Source of the DNA: Candidatus Hebobacteria bacterium
GTDB taxonomy: Bacteria; Armatimonadota; Hebobacteria; Hebobacterales; Hebobacteraceae
Direction of reading: 5' to 3'
NCBI GenBank assembly: GCA_029821885.1
Contig: JALGXV010000056.1
Coordinates: 1,668 to 25,667 of the forward strand
Length of the DNA: 24,000 bases
Each line of letters starts with the position of its first letter. The first letter of the stretch is position 1. This document shows positions 14,142-22,583 of this stretch, in pieces. The position numbers were made by a program, and so were the translations under genes. The notes beneath the pieces are model-generated. The model saw only the letters and a list, made by a program, of their open reading frames with translations. It did no database searches and was not told where the DNA came from.

Positions 14142-16283
14142 ATGAGGGTCTATGAGCTCGCAAACCAGCTAGGGGTCAAGAGCAAAGACATTCTGCTGCT
14201 CTTGGAAGAGCTCGGGATCGGCGGCAAGACGGCCAGCTCGACCGTCCCCCCTGTCTACCTCGGCCAGATCAGAGCTCGGTTCGGCGAGGAGGGAGAGGCC
14301 GCCGAGGCCGAGGCGCCTCCTGTCGCCGAAGAGAAGCCCGAGGAAGCGGCCCCCGAAGCCGCCGCGCAACCGCAGGCTCCGGGCGTACCGGCGCAAGAGG
14401 CGGCCGTCGAGGGCGGGGATGACAGGATCAGGCTCAAGGCTCCCTTTACGGCAGCCGACTTCGCCACTGCCCTCGACACTGACGCAGAGAACATCGTGAA
14501 GGCGGCGGGCGAGCTGGGAGAGTCCATCGGGGAGGACGCGGTCGTTCCCACGGAACTCGCCATGCTGATTGGCGAGCAGTGGGGCTATGAGATCGAGATC
14601 GAAGAGCCGGAGGTGGTGGAGGAGCCGGCCCCATCCGCGCCTGCCGAAGAGGAATTGCCGGCCGAGGTGGCGCCGACTGAAGAGCCCCCTGCCGAGCCGG
14701 TGAAGGAGGCGGAGCCCCCGGCGGCACCCATGAAGGTCGTTCCGCGGCGGACCGCCCCGCCCGATGCGCCGCCGCGGCCGCCTGTAGTGACGGTGCTTGG
14801 ACATGTAGACCATGGCAAGACCACACTGCTCGACGCGATCCGCGAGAGCAACGTCGCCGCACAAGAGCCCGGTGCCATCACGCAGCACATCGGCGCCTAC
14901 CAGATAGAGGTAAACGGCAAGCCGGTGACCTTCATCGACACTCCGGGTCATGAGGCTTTCACTGCGATGCGAGCGCGCGGCGCGCAGGTCACGGACATCG
15001 CGGTGTTGGTGGTCGCCGCGGACGACGGCGTGATGCCGCAGACGCTGGAGGCGGTCGATCACGCGCAGGCGGCTGGCGTAGCGATCATCGTAGCGATAAA
15101 CAAGATGGATCGACCGACGGCGAACCCGGACGCGATCAGGCAGCGCCTTACCGAGGTGGGGCTGGTTCCGGAAGAATGGGGAGGCGATACGATCTACGTG
15201 CAGGTCTCTGCCCTCGAGAACACCGGCATAAGCGACTTGCTGGACATGATCGTGCTGGTGTCCGAGATGAGGGAGCTGCGCGCGGAGAGAGACAAGCCTG
15301 CCGAGGGAGTGGTGCTCGAGGCGCAGCTCGACAGGCGCCGCGGCAGCGTGGCGACCCTGCTGGTGCAGGAGGGCATCCTGCGCAGAGGAGACAGCCTCGT
15401 GGCTGGGCCCGTCGCCGGGAAAGTGCGGGCAATGATGGACGACCGGGGCAAGCCGCTGAAGGAGGCGAGTCCCTCTGCCGCGGTCCAGGTGCTGGGTCTG
15501 TCTGAAGCCCCCGAGGCGAGCGAGCTGTTCCGCGTCGTCGAGAGCGACAGAACCGCGAGAGCGCTGGCGACGGCGGAGAAAGAAACCCAACGGGAGGTGG
15601 AACTGAGGGCCACCGCCCCGACATCAATGATGGAGTTGTCGCAGCTCTTCGCGGAGGGGGGGGCCAAGGTCCTCAACCTGGTGCTGAAGGCCGACACACA
15701 GGGAACGGCCGAGGCCATCTCCGCCGCGCTGTCACAGATCGGCAATGAAGAGGTCGCCTCCAACATACTGCACTCGGGTGTGGGCGATGTAAGCGAATCA
15801 GATGTCGGTTTGGCTGCGGCCACGAAGCCGACGATCATAATCGGGTTCCAGGTGGGAGCAGATGCGCAGGCGCGGCGGCTGGCCGCGGATGAGGGTGTGG
15901 AGATCCGCCGGTACGAGGTGATATACGATCTGCTCGACGATGTCCGTAACACACTCTCCGGCATGCTGGAGGTGAAGGTCGAGGAGATCGTCGTCGGGCA
16001 GGCGGAGGTGCGTGCTCTCTTCCAATCGTCCCGTCTGGGCACAATCGCAGGATGCTACGTGCTTGAGGGCAGGATTGCCCGGGGCGCGGTTGCCCGGGTC
16101 AAGCGGGCCGGCGAGGTGGTCTACGAAGGTCGCATCAGTTCGATGCGCCATCTGCAGGACGACGTGAGCGAGATGGCCCAGGGCTTTGAATGTGGGATCG
16201 TCCTGGAGGACTTCAACGACGTGGCGGTGGGGGATGTCATCGAGTGCGTGGAAGAACGGGAGCTTCGCCGCGCCGTTCTCTAG
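14142..16283 (+). CDS. infB: Translation initiation factor IF-2
   Basis: 713 aa. It has an IF2_N motif ([26 protein letters not shown]), a second IF2_N-like module, the G domain [12 protein letters not shown] / DTPGHEAF / NKMD / SAL, and the C-terminal domains. The SD GGAGGAGAGG lies at 14121-14130. Confidence 0.95.
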   Translation: MRVYELANQLGVKSKDILLLLEELGIGGKTASSTVPPVYLGQIRARFGEEGEAAEAEAPPVAEEKPEEAAPEAAAQPQAPGVPAQEAAVEGGDDRIRLKAPFTAADFATALDTDAENIVKAAGELGESIGEDAVVPTELAMLIGEQWGYEIEIEEPEVVEEPAPSAPAEEELPAEVAPTEEPPAEPVKEAEPPAAPMKVVPRRTAPPDAPPRPPVVTVLGHVDHGKTTLLDAIRESNVAAQEPGAITQHIGAYQIEVNGKPVTFIDTPGHEAFTAMRARGAQVTDIAVLVVAADDGVMPQTLEAVDHAQAAGVAIIVAINKMDRPTANPDAIRQRLTEVGLVPEEWGGDTIYVQVSALENTGISDLLDMIVLVSEMRELRAERDKPAEGVVLEAQLDRRRGSVATLLVQEGILRRGDSLVAGPVAGKVRAMMDDRGKPLKEASPSAAVQVLGLSEAPEASELFRVVESDRTARALATAEKETQREVELRATAPTSMMELSQLFAEGGAKVLNLVLKADTQGTAEAISAALSQIGNEEVASNILHSGVGDVSESDVGLAAATKPTIIIGFQVGADAQARRLAADEGVEIRRYEVIYDLLDDVRNTLSGMLEVKVEEIVVGQAEVRALFQSSRLGTIAGCYVLEGRIARGAVARVKRAGEVVYEGRISSMRHLQDDVSEMAQGFECGIVLEDFNDVAVGDVIECVEERELRRAVL

Positions 16284-16295
16284 GTTGGCCAAGAG

Positions 16296-16577
16296 ATGCA
16301 CATCGCTTCTCTCCGAGTTGTGCTCGAAGTCACTGACGGCATCACCCTGAAGGACAAGCGCCGGGTCGTTCGCAGTCTGCTGGACCGTATCAGGAATCGC
16401 TTCAACGTGAGCGCTGCCGAGGTGGGGGCGAACGACTCGGTGCGCCACGCGGAGCTTGCCGCAGTGGCGGTCGCCAACGATCGACCATTCCTCGACCGGA
16501 TGATGGCCAAGGTGCTCGACCTCATCGAGGGCGAGCCGCGGGTCGTGCTACTGGAGCAGGATCTCGAGTTCGACTGA
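16296..16577 (+). CDS. ylxP: DUF503 family protein (YlxP-like)
   Basis: 93 aa, with LRVVLEVTDGITLKDKRRVVRSLLDRIRNRFNVSAAEV...D, the typical DUF503 pattern. It occupies the conserved position between infB and rbfA. Confidence 0.8.
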   Translation: MHIASLRVVLEVTDGITLKDKRRVVRSLLDRIRNRFNVSAAEVGANDSVRHAELAAVAVANDRPFLDRMMAKVLDLIEGEPRVVLLEQDLEFD

Positions 16578-16591
16578 GGCAAGGCGGTCCC

Positions 16592-16990
16592 ATGCCATCA
16601 CGGCGCATCGAGCGTGTGCAGAAACTGCTGCGCTCGGAGATCAGCACGGTTCTCTTGACGAAGCTGAAAGATCCGAGGGTCGGCATGGTGACGATCACGG
16701 AGGTGGACGCGAGCCCCGATCTGCGCCACGCGCGAGTCTTCGTGAGTCTCGTCAAGAACGACGAGTCGGTGTCGGAGGCCCTGGCCGGGCTGAAGAGCGC
16801 AGCCAGCTTCATCCGCTCCCAGCTCATGAGGACCCTGCACCTGCGGCCAATGCCGGTGCTCGAATTCGAGGTGGATAGGTCGCTTGCCCGCGGCGCGCAT
16901 ACACTGGACCTGCTGGATCAGATCAAGGATGAGCGAGAGCATGGCGGCCCGCGCGCGGAAGCGGGCGATCCGTCTGATAGAGAACAGTAA
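16592..16990 (+). CDS. rbfA: Ribosome-binding factor A
   Basis: RIERVQKLLRSEISTVLLTKLKDPRVGMVTITEVDASPDLRHARVFVS...LRPMPVLEFEVD is the classic RbfA pattern. Confidence 0.9.
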   Translation: MPSRRIERVQKLLRSEISTVLLTKLKDPRVGMVTITEVDASPDLRHARVFVSLVKNDESVSEALAGLKSAASFIRSQLMRTLHLRPMPVLEFEVDRSLARGAHTLDLLDQIKDEREHGGPRAEAGDPSDREQ

Positions 16991-17882
16991 CGACATCTTC
17001 GTCGCCACCCACATTCGCCCGGACGGCGACGCGCTGGGATCTCTGCTCGGCCTTTTGTTGGCACTGGAGAAGACCGGGGCCCGCGTGGCCGCGCTCTGCA
17101 CGGACCCAGTGCCGGCCAACTACGCGTTCCTCCCCGCCGCGGATCGTATTCTCTCGTTGCCACCTGACTGGAAGGCGGGTCTGGGCATTGTCGTCGACTG
17201 CGACGGGCTGGGTCGCACCGGAGCTCTGGAGCCGGCGCTGGCGAGTCTTCCGGCTCTCATCGACCTCGACCACCACGACACAGACCGCACCTTCGGCCAA
17301 GAGCGACTGGTCGATGCGACGGCCGGCGCGGCCGCCGAAATAGTACACGAGCTCATCCGAGACATGGGGACGCCTCTGGACGCGGAGATCAGCACATGCC
17401 TTTACGCGGCGATACTCACGGACACCGGCCGCTTCTGCTATGGGAACACGACTGCCAGATCGCTTCGCATCGCGGCAGAGCTGGTGGCAAGCGGGGCCGA
17501 CCCGCACTACATCGCGCGAAACCTGTCGCGCCTGTCCGCAGCCGAGGATGGCCAAATCGTGAGCTCTGTGCTCCGGCCGGAGGACTTCGAATGCACGGGG
17601 GCCGCGCCGAGCGAGACCGAGGGGATCATCGGCCATCTGCGAGCGATTGGCGGCACGCGAGTGGCGATACTCTTCGTCGAGCCGGACCACGATGCAGTTC
17701 GCGTGAGCCTGAGGTCCGACGGCAGCGTCGACGTCGGTGAGGTCGCGCTCGGGTTCGGCGGCGGCGGACACGCGATGGCCGCCGGCTGTACTGTGACGGG
17801 CAGTGTGGAGGTTGTGGAGCAGAGCGTCCTCGACGCGGTCCGACTTGCGCTCGGTCGGCCGAGTGAACGCGATGCAGGTTGA
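16929..17882 (+). CDS. nrnA: DHH/DHHA1 phosphoesterase (NrnA-like oligoribonuclease/pAp phosphatase)
   Basis: It has IFVATHIRPDGDALGS (motifs I/II), DLDHHDTD (the DHH motif) and GFGGGGHAMAAG (the DHHA1 GGGH motif). The start is ATG 16929 or ATG 16941, and both lie inside the rbfA 3' end. Confidence 0.8.
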   Translation: MSESMAARARKRAIRLIENSNDIFVATHIRPDGDALGSLLGLLLALEKTGARVAALCTDPVPANYAFLPAADRILSLPPDWKAGLGIVVDCDGLGRTGALEPALASLPALIDLDHHDTDRTFGQERLVDATAGAAAEIVHELIRDMGTPLDAEISTCLYAAILTDTGRFCYGNTTARSLRIAAELVASGADPHYIARNLSRLSAAEDGQIVSSVLRPEDFECTGAAPSETEGIIGHLRAIGGTRVAILFVEPDHDAVRVSLRSDGSVDVGEVALGFGGGGHAMAAGCTVTGSVEVVEQSVLDAVRLALGRPSERDAG

Positions 17883-18780
17883 CGGCTTCCTCAACGTCCT
17901 GAAGGCTCCGGGGATGACATCCCATGACGTCGTGGCACAGATCCGGCACTCCTCTGGCGCCGCACGAGCAGGTCATCTGGGCACCCTCGACCCGGCCGCC
18001 TCCGGCGTGCTACCGATATGCCTCGGCCGCGCCACTCGCCTCTTCCGATTCGCGGGCGGAATCGACAAGGCCTATCGCGCCGAGATCGAGTTCGGCACTC
18101 GCACCGACACTATGGACGCAGAGGGCCGGGTCGTGGCTCGGGCCGACAGCAGTGGCCTCACGGAGGAGCGTCTGCGCAGCATACTGGAGGGCCTCGTGGG
18201 CGAGTCCGAGCAAGCCCCTCCGGCCTTCTCCGCCGCCAAGGTGGGAGGCCGCCGACTCCACGAGCACGCGCGCGCCGGCGTCATCGTGAAAGGCCGCCCG
18301 AAGCGGGTGATGGTGTCGTCGGTGACGCTGGTGGAGTTCGTGCCCGGCCCCAGCGCGCACGCGCTGGTGGACGTAGTCTGCAGTCCCGGCACGTATGTGC
18401 GGGTATTGGCCGACGACGCCGGTCGAGCCGCAGGCTGCGGAGCCTATCTGTCGTTTCTCGTCCGGACGCGTGTGGGTCGCTTCGAGCTAAGCGATGCGCT
18501 CACGCTTGAGGAGGTCGCCGAAGCCGCGAGCAACCACGAACTGCCTGCCCGCGTCCTCCCGTCGGACTGGCCTCTCACGGACCTGCCGGAGTTGTCCCTC
18601 GAGCCCCCCGCGGCTCGCGCCTTCGTCAGAGGGAGCCGCGTTCTCGCCGGAACAGGGCCGGCCTGGCCCATACGGGTGTACGGCCCAGAGCGGCTCTTCC
18701 TCGGTCTGGGAGAGGTCGTCGAAAAGGGGAAGTTGCAGCCCAGAGTGGTCCTGAGTGAGGAGTCGGTGGGCACACAATGA
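17872..18780 (+). CDS. truB: tRNA pseudouridine(55) synthase TruB
   Basis: It has GFLNVLKAPGMTSHDVV, GHLGTLDPAASGVLPICLG (catalytic Asp motif), YRAEIEFG and PPAFSAAKVGGRRLHEHAR. ATG 17872 overlaps the end of nrnA by 11 nt. The track's 17803 start lies inside nrnA. Confidence 0.92.
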   Translation: MQVDGFLNVLKAPGMTSHDVVAQIRHSSGAARAGHLGTLDPAASGVLPICLGRATRLFRFAGGIDKAYRAEIEFGTRTDTMDAEGRVVARADSSGLTEERLRSILEGLVGESEQAPPAFSAAKVGGRRLHEHARAGVIVKGRPKRVMVSSVTLVEFVPGPSAHALVDVVCSPGTYVRVLADDAGRAAGCGAYLSFLVRTRVGRFELSDALTLEEVAEAASNHELPARVLPSDWPLTDLPELSLEPPAARAFVRGSRVLAGTGPAWPIRVYGPERLFLGLGEVVEKGKLQPRVVLSEESVGTQ

Positions 18781-19712
18781 GAATCATCCGTGGTGTGGAC
18801 AAACGGCGGCGGCGGACCCTGTGCCTGGCGCTCGGCGTATTCGATGGTGTCCACGTAGGGCACCGCAGAGTGATTGAGGCGGCCGTCCGCCAGGCGAAGG
18901 GTAGGCCTCTTGCCTCAGCTGTCCTCACTTTTGACCCTCACCCCGACGCCATCTTGGCGCCGGCCGGTGCGCCGCGAGTTCTCACGACAACAGAAGAGAA
19001 ACTGGCGGTGTTGCGGGAGCTGGGAATCGAAGTCGCAGTCGTCGCGAGATTCAGTCGGCAGCTTGCCAATATGCGGGCCGAGAGGTTTGTGGAGGAAGTC
19101 CTGTCTGGCAATCTCCGGGCGCGATGCGTCGTTGTTGGGAAGGGCTGGCGCTTCGGCAGGGACGGCGCCGGGACCCCAAAGCTGCTGCGCGCACTGGGAG
19201 CCGGCCTCGGGTTTAGAGTCTCCGTTGTGCCGCCCGTGTCGGTGAAGAGGGCGAAGATCAGCAGCACGCGCATCCGGGAGCTGCTGCTTCGCGGCCAGGT
19301 GAACGCTGCGAATGAGCTGCTCGGCCGGCCGTACGCTCTGACAGGGCGTGTAGTGGCGGGGGAGGGCCGCGGCCGCACGCTCGGCTTCCCGACGGCGAAC
19401 CTAGCACTCCCCGCGGAGAAGCTCATCCCGGCCGATGGGGTATATGCATGCCTTGCCGGGGTCGCGAAGAGGCGGCCCGGAATGGCCTATATCGGGGCTC
19501 GGCCAACATTCGGGGAGAGGACTGAACGGCGCGTTGAGATCCATCTTCTGGAGCCGGTGGCCTCCCGCGAGCTCCGTGGTCGCCTGCTTCGGGTCGACCT
19601 CGTGGCGAGGTTGCGTGGCGACCGGAGGTTCGGGTCCTCCGACGCCCTCGTGGCGCAGATGAAACGCGACAGTGTGCGCGCACGCGCGCTGCTAACCTGT
19701 TTACAGGGATAG
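18777..19712 (+). CDS. ribF: Bifunctional riboflavin kinase / FMN adenylyltransferase
   Basis: It has LALGVFDGVHVGHRRVI, LTFDPHP, ISSTRIRELL, GRTLGFPTANL and GVYA...RPTFG. There is an ATGA overlap with truB. Confidence 0.92.
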   Translation: MRIIRGVDKRRRRTLCLALGVFDGVHVGHRRVIEAAVRQAKGRPLASAVLTFDPHPDAILAPAGAPRVLTTTEEKLAVLRELGIEVAVVARFSRQLANMRAERFVEEVLSGNLRARCVVVGKGWRFGRDGAGTPKLLRALGAGLGFRVSVVPPVSVKRAKISSTRIRELLLRGQVNAANELLGRPYALTGRVVAGEGRGRTLGFPTANLALPAEKLIPADGVYACLAGVAKRRPGMAYIGARPTFGERTERRVEIHLLEPVASRELRGRLLRVDLVARLRGDRRFGSSDALVAQMKRDSVRARALLTCLQG

Positions 19713-19728
19713 CGGGATGTGGTATGCT
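19700..19728 (+). promoter_or_regulatory. Putative rpsO promoter with extended -10
   Basis: TTTACA (19700-19705, inside the last ribF codons), a 17-nt spacer, then TGg-TATGCT (19720-19728). Confidence 0.35.
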
Positions 19729-19738
19729 TGCCTGTGAT

Positions 19739-19758
19739 CGCCCGGGAGTGCCTGGGCG
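19739..19758 (+). promoter_or_regulatory. rpsO 5'-leader hairpin (candidate S15 autoregulatory element)
   Basis: An 8-bp stem, CGCCCGGG (19739-19746) paired with CCTGGGCG (19751-19758), around an AGTG loop. It contains a G-U pair flanked by G-C pairs. It lies about 25 nt upstream of the SD GGAG (19788-19791). Confidence 0.3.
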
Positions 19759-19797
19759 GCTTGGCGATTGGCAACGGGAAAGCGAAAGGAGCTGTCC

Positions 19798-20088
19798 GTG
19801 CCGCTCGTAAAGGAACAGAAGGATGGGATCGTTGAGGAGAATCGTCTTCATCCCAGCGATACTGGATCGCCGGAGGTGCAAGTCGCGCTCCTTACCGCGC
19901 GGATCAGCCAGCTCCAGGAGCACCTCGGCCAGCACAAGAGAGATCACCACTCCCGGCGCGGGATGCTGGTGATGATTGGGCGACGGCAGCGGTTGCTGGA
20001 CTACCTGAGCAAGGCGGATATCGACCGCTACCGGGCGCTCGTCGCCAAGTTAGGACTTCGCGACAAGACAAGGGCTCGACGGCTGTGA
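19798..20088 (+). CDS. rpsO: 30S ribosomal protein S15
   Basis: [53 protein letters not shown]...[11 protein letters not shown] is canonical S15. GTG 19798 is chosen because AAAGGAG sits 6 nt upstream. The track's 19768 start is less likely. Confidence 0.92.
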   Translation: MPLVKEQKDGIVEENRLHPSDTGSPEVQVALLTARISQLQEHLGQHKRDHHSRRGMLVMIGRRQRLLDYLSKADIDRYRALVAKLGLRDKTRARRL

Positions 20089-20347
20089 CGGAGGCACACT
20101 CTCCAGCAGCCGAGACGTTCATTCACAACTAGATGGTCAAGCGCCGCGGGAAGCACGACGGCGAAGACGGGTGTCTTCTCCGGGAACTGTCCTGAACCGA
20201 TGTGTGCCGAAGGTCGGCCTATGGGCCGGTTTGTCTACTACACCCACTGGCGGGTGTCGGCAGACATAGGTACAGGAGTTGTTCCTGTTCGGGGACCGAC
20301 CGTTCGACGCTGTTTCTGCGAGCCGGCGCACCCAGACAGGAGCAATA
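20089..20347 (+). promoter_or_regulatory. Long structured rpsO-pnp intergenic region / pnp leader
   Basis: 259 nt with several perfect short hairpins. GAAGAC-GGGT-GTCTTC spans 20163-20178. CGGCC-TATG-GGCCG spans 20215-20228 and is followed by GTTTGTCT, making it a weak terminator candidate. ACACCC-ACTGGC-GGGTGT spans 20240-20257. ACAGGA-GTTGT-TCCTGT starts at 20273. A distal complement, GGCACAC/GTGTGCC, lies about 100 nt apart. Confidence 0.3.
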
Positions 20348-22498
20348 GTGGCAATCGAAAAGCGTGACCTCGACGGCCGACCCATTTCCGTCGAAACGGG
20401 TACTCTGGCCAAGCAGGCGGATGGGGCAGTGTGCGTCCGCCTGGGCGACACGATCACTCTCGTAACGGTGGGAATGGCCCCGCCCCGAGAGGGCATCGAC
20501 TTCTTCCCCCTGCTCGTCGACTTCGAAGAGAAGATGTACGCCGCGGGCAAGATCCCCGGCGTTCGCTACATCCGGCGAGAGGGGCGTCCCAGCGAAGGCG
20601 CCATCCTATCGGCTCGGCGCATCGACCGCGCCATTCGGCCCCTCTTCCCCAAGGGATTCCGGAACGACATTCAGGTGGTCGCGACGGTGCTCTCGGCGGA
20701 CATGGAGAACGCGGCCGACATCCTGGCCATGGTGGGGGCTTCGGCCGCGCTGTCTGTCTCCTCGGTACCGTTTCTGGGACCTATCGGCGCCATACGCGTC
20801 GGCCGGACCGACGGCCGCTTCCTGGTGAACCCGACCTATGCAGAGCGCGATGAGAGCGACCTCGACCTGGTGGTCGCAGTTTCGCCAGATGGCGTCATCA
20901 TGCTGGAGGGGATGGCCGATCAGCTGCCGGAGGCGACGGTAGCCGATGCGATCGCGTTTGCCATTCCCTATGCAGAGCAGGTGCTCGACATGCAACGGGC
21001 CCTGGCCTCCACGGCCGGAAAGGAGAAGGTCGAGTTCGCGTCGCTGCAGGTCGGCGACGACATCCGCTCGGCCATATCCGGCTTCTCCTCGGCCATCAGA
21101 GCGGCGATCCAGGATCCGGACAAGAAGGCTCGGGAGCAGGCCACCGCCGCGATCGTCGAGCAGTTGGAGACGGATCTCGCGGAGCGCTTCCCGGAGCGGA
21201 TGACCGAGATCAAGGGGGGCCTCGAAGAGCAGACGGAGGCGGAGCTTCGGGACCTCATCCTGGACGAAGACCGACGGCCCGACGGCAGGACCATGGAGGA
21301 GATCAGGCTCTTGTCGTGCGAAGTGGGACTGCTGCCGCGTGCACACGGCTCGGCCCTCTTCACTCGCGGCCAGACCCAGGCGCTGTCCGTCGTCACGCTC
21401 GGCGGCGTGGGCGACGAGCAGCTCATCGATGACCTCGGTGTCGTCGAGTCGAAGCGCTTCATGCATCACTACAACTTCCCGCCCTACAGCGTGGGCGAGG
21501 TTAGGCCGATCCGTGGACCCAGCCGCCGCGATCTCGGTCACGGGTCCCTGGTCGAACGTGGCGTGCTTCCCGTGCTGCCGGACGAGGAGGATTTCCCCTA
21601 CACCGTCAGAGTGGTCTCAGAGATCCTCGAAAGCAATGGCTCCAGTTCGATGGCCAGCGTCTGCGGGAGCAGCCTGGCCCTGATGGACGCCGGCGTCCCC
21701 ATAAGCACGGCCGTCGCCGGGATCTCCATCGGCATGATAAGCGACGGCGATAGGCGTAAGCTGCTCACGGACATTCAGGGACTGGAGGACTTCAGCGGCG
21801 AGATGGACTTCAAGGTCGCGGGAACGCGCGATGGAGTGACGGCCTTGCAGATGGACGTGAAGCTGGAGGGGCTCTCCATTGAGACGATCCGCGATGCTCT
21901 CGCGCAGTCGCGGCGCGCGCGGGACGTTCTGCTGGACGCGATGGCCGAGACGATTGCCCAGCCCCGGCCGGATCTTGCCCCACATGCGCCGCGCGTCTTC
22001 ACGATAGAGATAGACCCGGAGAAGATCGGCGACGTCATCGGCCCCGGGGGAAAGATGATCCGCAAACTGGAAGGCGACTTCAACTGCAAGATCGACATCG
22101 AGCAGGAAGGGCGCGTCTTCGTTGCCGCGCCGGATCAGGCGTCGGGCCAGCAGGCGGTGAAAGCCATCGAAGACCTGACCAAGGACTTGAAGGTCGGCGA
22201 GACGTACGTCGGGAAGGTCGTCCGGATCACCCCCTTCGGAGCCTTCCTCGAGCTTCTTCCCGGCCGCGACGGGCTGTTGCACATATCGCAGGTCGCGCGG
22301 GAGCGCATCGACCGGGTGGAGGACGTGCTCAACATGGGGGACGAAGTGCCGGTCCGTGTTATCGAGATCGACCCCCAGGGCAAGGTGCGGCTGAGCCGCA
22401 AGGACCTCCTTCCCGGCGGCGAGGAGGGCGGTTCCGACCGGGGGCGGGGCGAACGCCGCGACGGCGGTCGTTCCCGCAGCCGCCGGCCCCGCCGCTGA
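20348..22498 (+). CDS. pnp: Polyribonucleotide nucleotidyltransferase (PNPase) with an Arg-rich C-terminal tail
   Basis: It has two RNase PH-like domains (GRPISVETGTLAKQADGAV...; RPDGRTMEEIRLLSCEVGLLPRAHGSALFTRGQTQAL), a KH domain (IGDVIGPGGKMIRKL) and an S1 domain (VGETYVGKVVRITPFGAFLELLPGRDGLLHISQV). GTG 20348 has AGGAG 5 nt upstream. The track's TTG 20279 abuts its SD with no spacer. Confidence 0.93.
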   Translation: MAIEKRDLDGRPISVETGTLAKQADGAVCVRLGDTITLVTVGMAPPREGIDFFPLLVDFEEKMYAAGKIPGVRYIRREGRPSEGAILSARRIDRAIRPLFPKGFRNDIQVVATVLSADMENAADILAMVGASAALSVSSVPFLGPIGAIRVGRTDGRFLVNPTYAERDESDLDLVVAVSPDGVIMLEGMADQLPEATVADAIAFAIPYAEQVLDMQRALASTAGKEKVEFASLQVGDDIRSAISGFSSAIRAAIQDPDKKAREQATAAIVEQLETDLAERFPERMTEIKGGLEEQTEAELRDLILDEDRRPDGRTMEEIRLLSCEVGLLPRAHGSALFTRGQTQALSVVTLGGVGDEQLIDDLGVVESKRFMHHYNFPPYSVGEVRPIRGPSRRDLGHGSLVERGVLPVLPDEEDFPYTVRVVSEILESNGSSSMASVCGSSLALMDAGVPISTAVAGISIGMISDGDRRKLLTDIQGLEDFSGEMDFKVAGTRDGVTALQMDVKLEGLSIETIRDALAQSRRARDVLLDAMAETIAQPRPDLAPHAPRVFTIEIDPEKIGDVIGPGGKMIRKLEGDFNCKIDIEQEGRVFVAAPDQASGQQAVKAIEDLTKDLKVGETYVGKVVRITPFGAFLELLPGRDGLLHISQVARERIDRVEDVLNMGDEVPVRVIEIDPQGKVRLSRKDLLPGGEEGGSDRGRGERRDGGRSRSRRPRR

Positions 22499-22583
22499 CC
22501 GGGCGTGTCGCTTCCCGCACTCGTCGTCGGCAGGCAGACACGGCCGTGATGGATGTGAGCGCTGGCGGAGGCAGATCACCTGG

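Noticed and set aside
14169-15590. A 473-aa minus-strand ORF opposite infB
   Set aside because: It is antisense to IF-2, whose G-domain motifs are unambiguous, and it is an Arg/His/Leu-rich shadow frame.
20279-20347. The TTG 20279 start for pnp given by the ORF track
   Set aside because: The AGGAG directly abuts the TTG with no spacer and is sequestered in a hairpin. The N-terminal 23 aa are not PNPase-like. GTG 20348 has a correctly spaced AGGAG and gives the conserved N-terminus.
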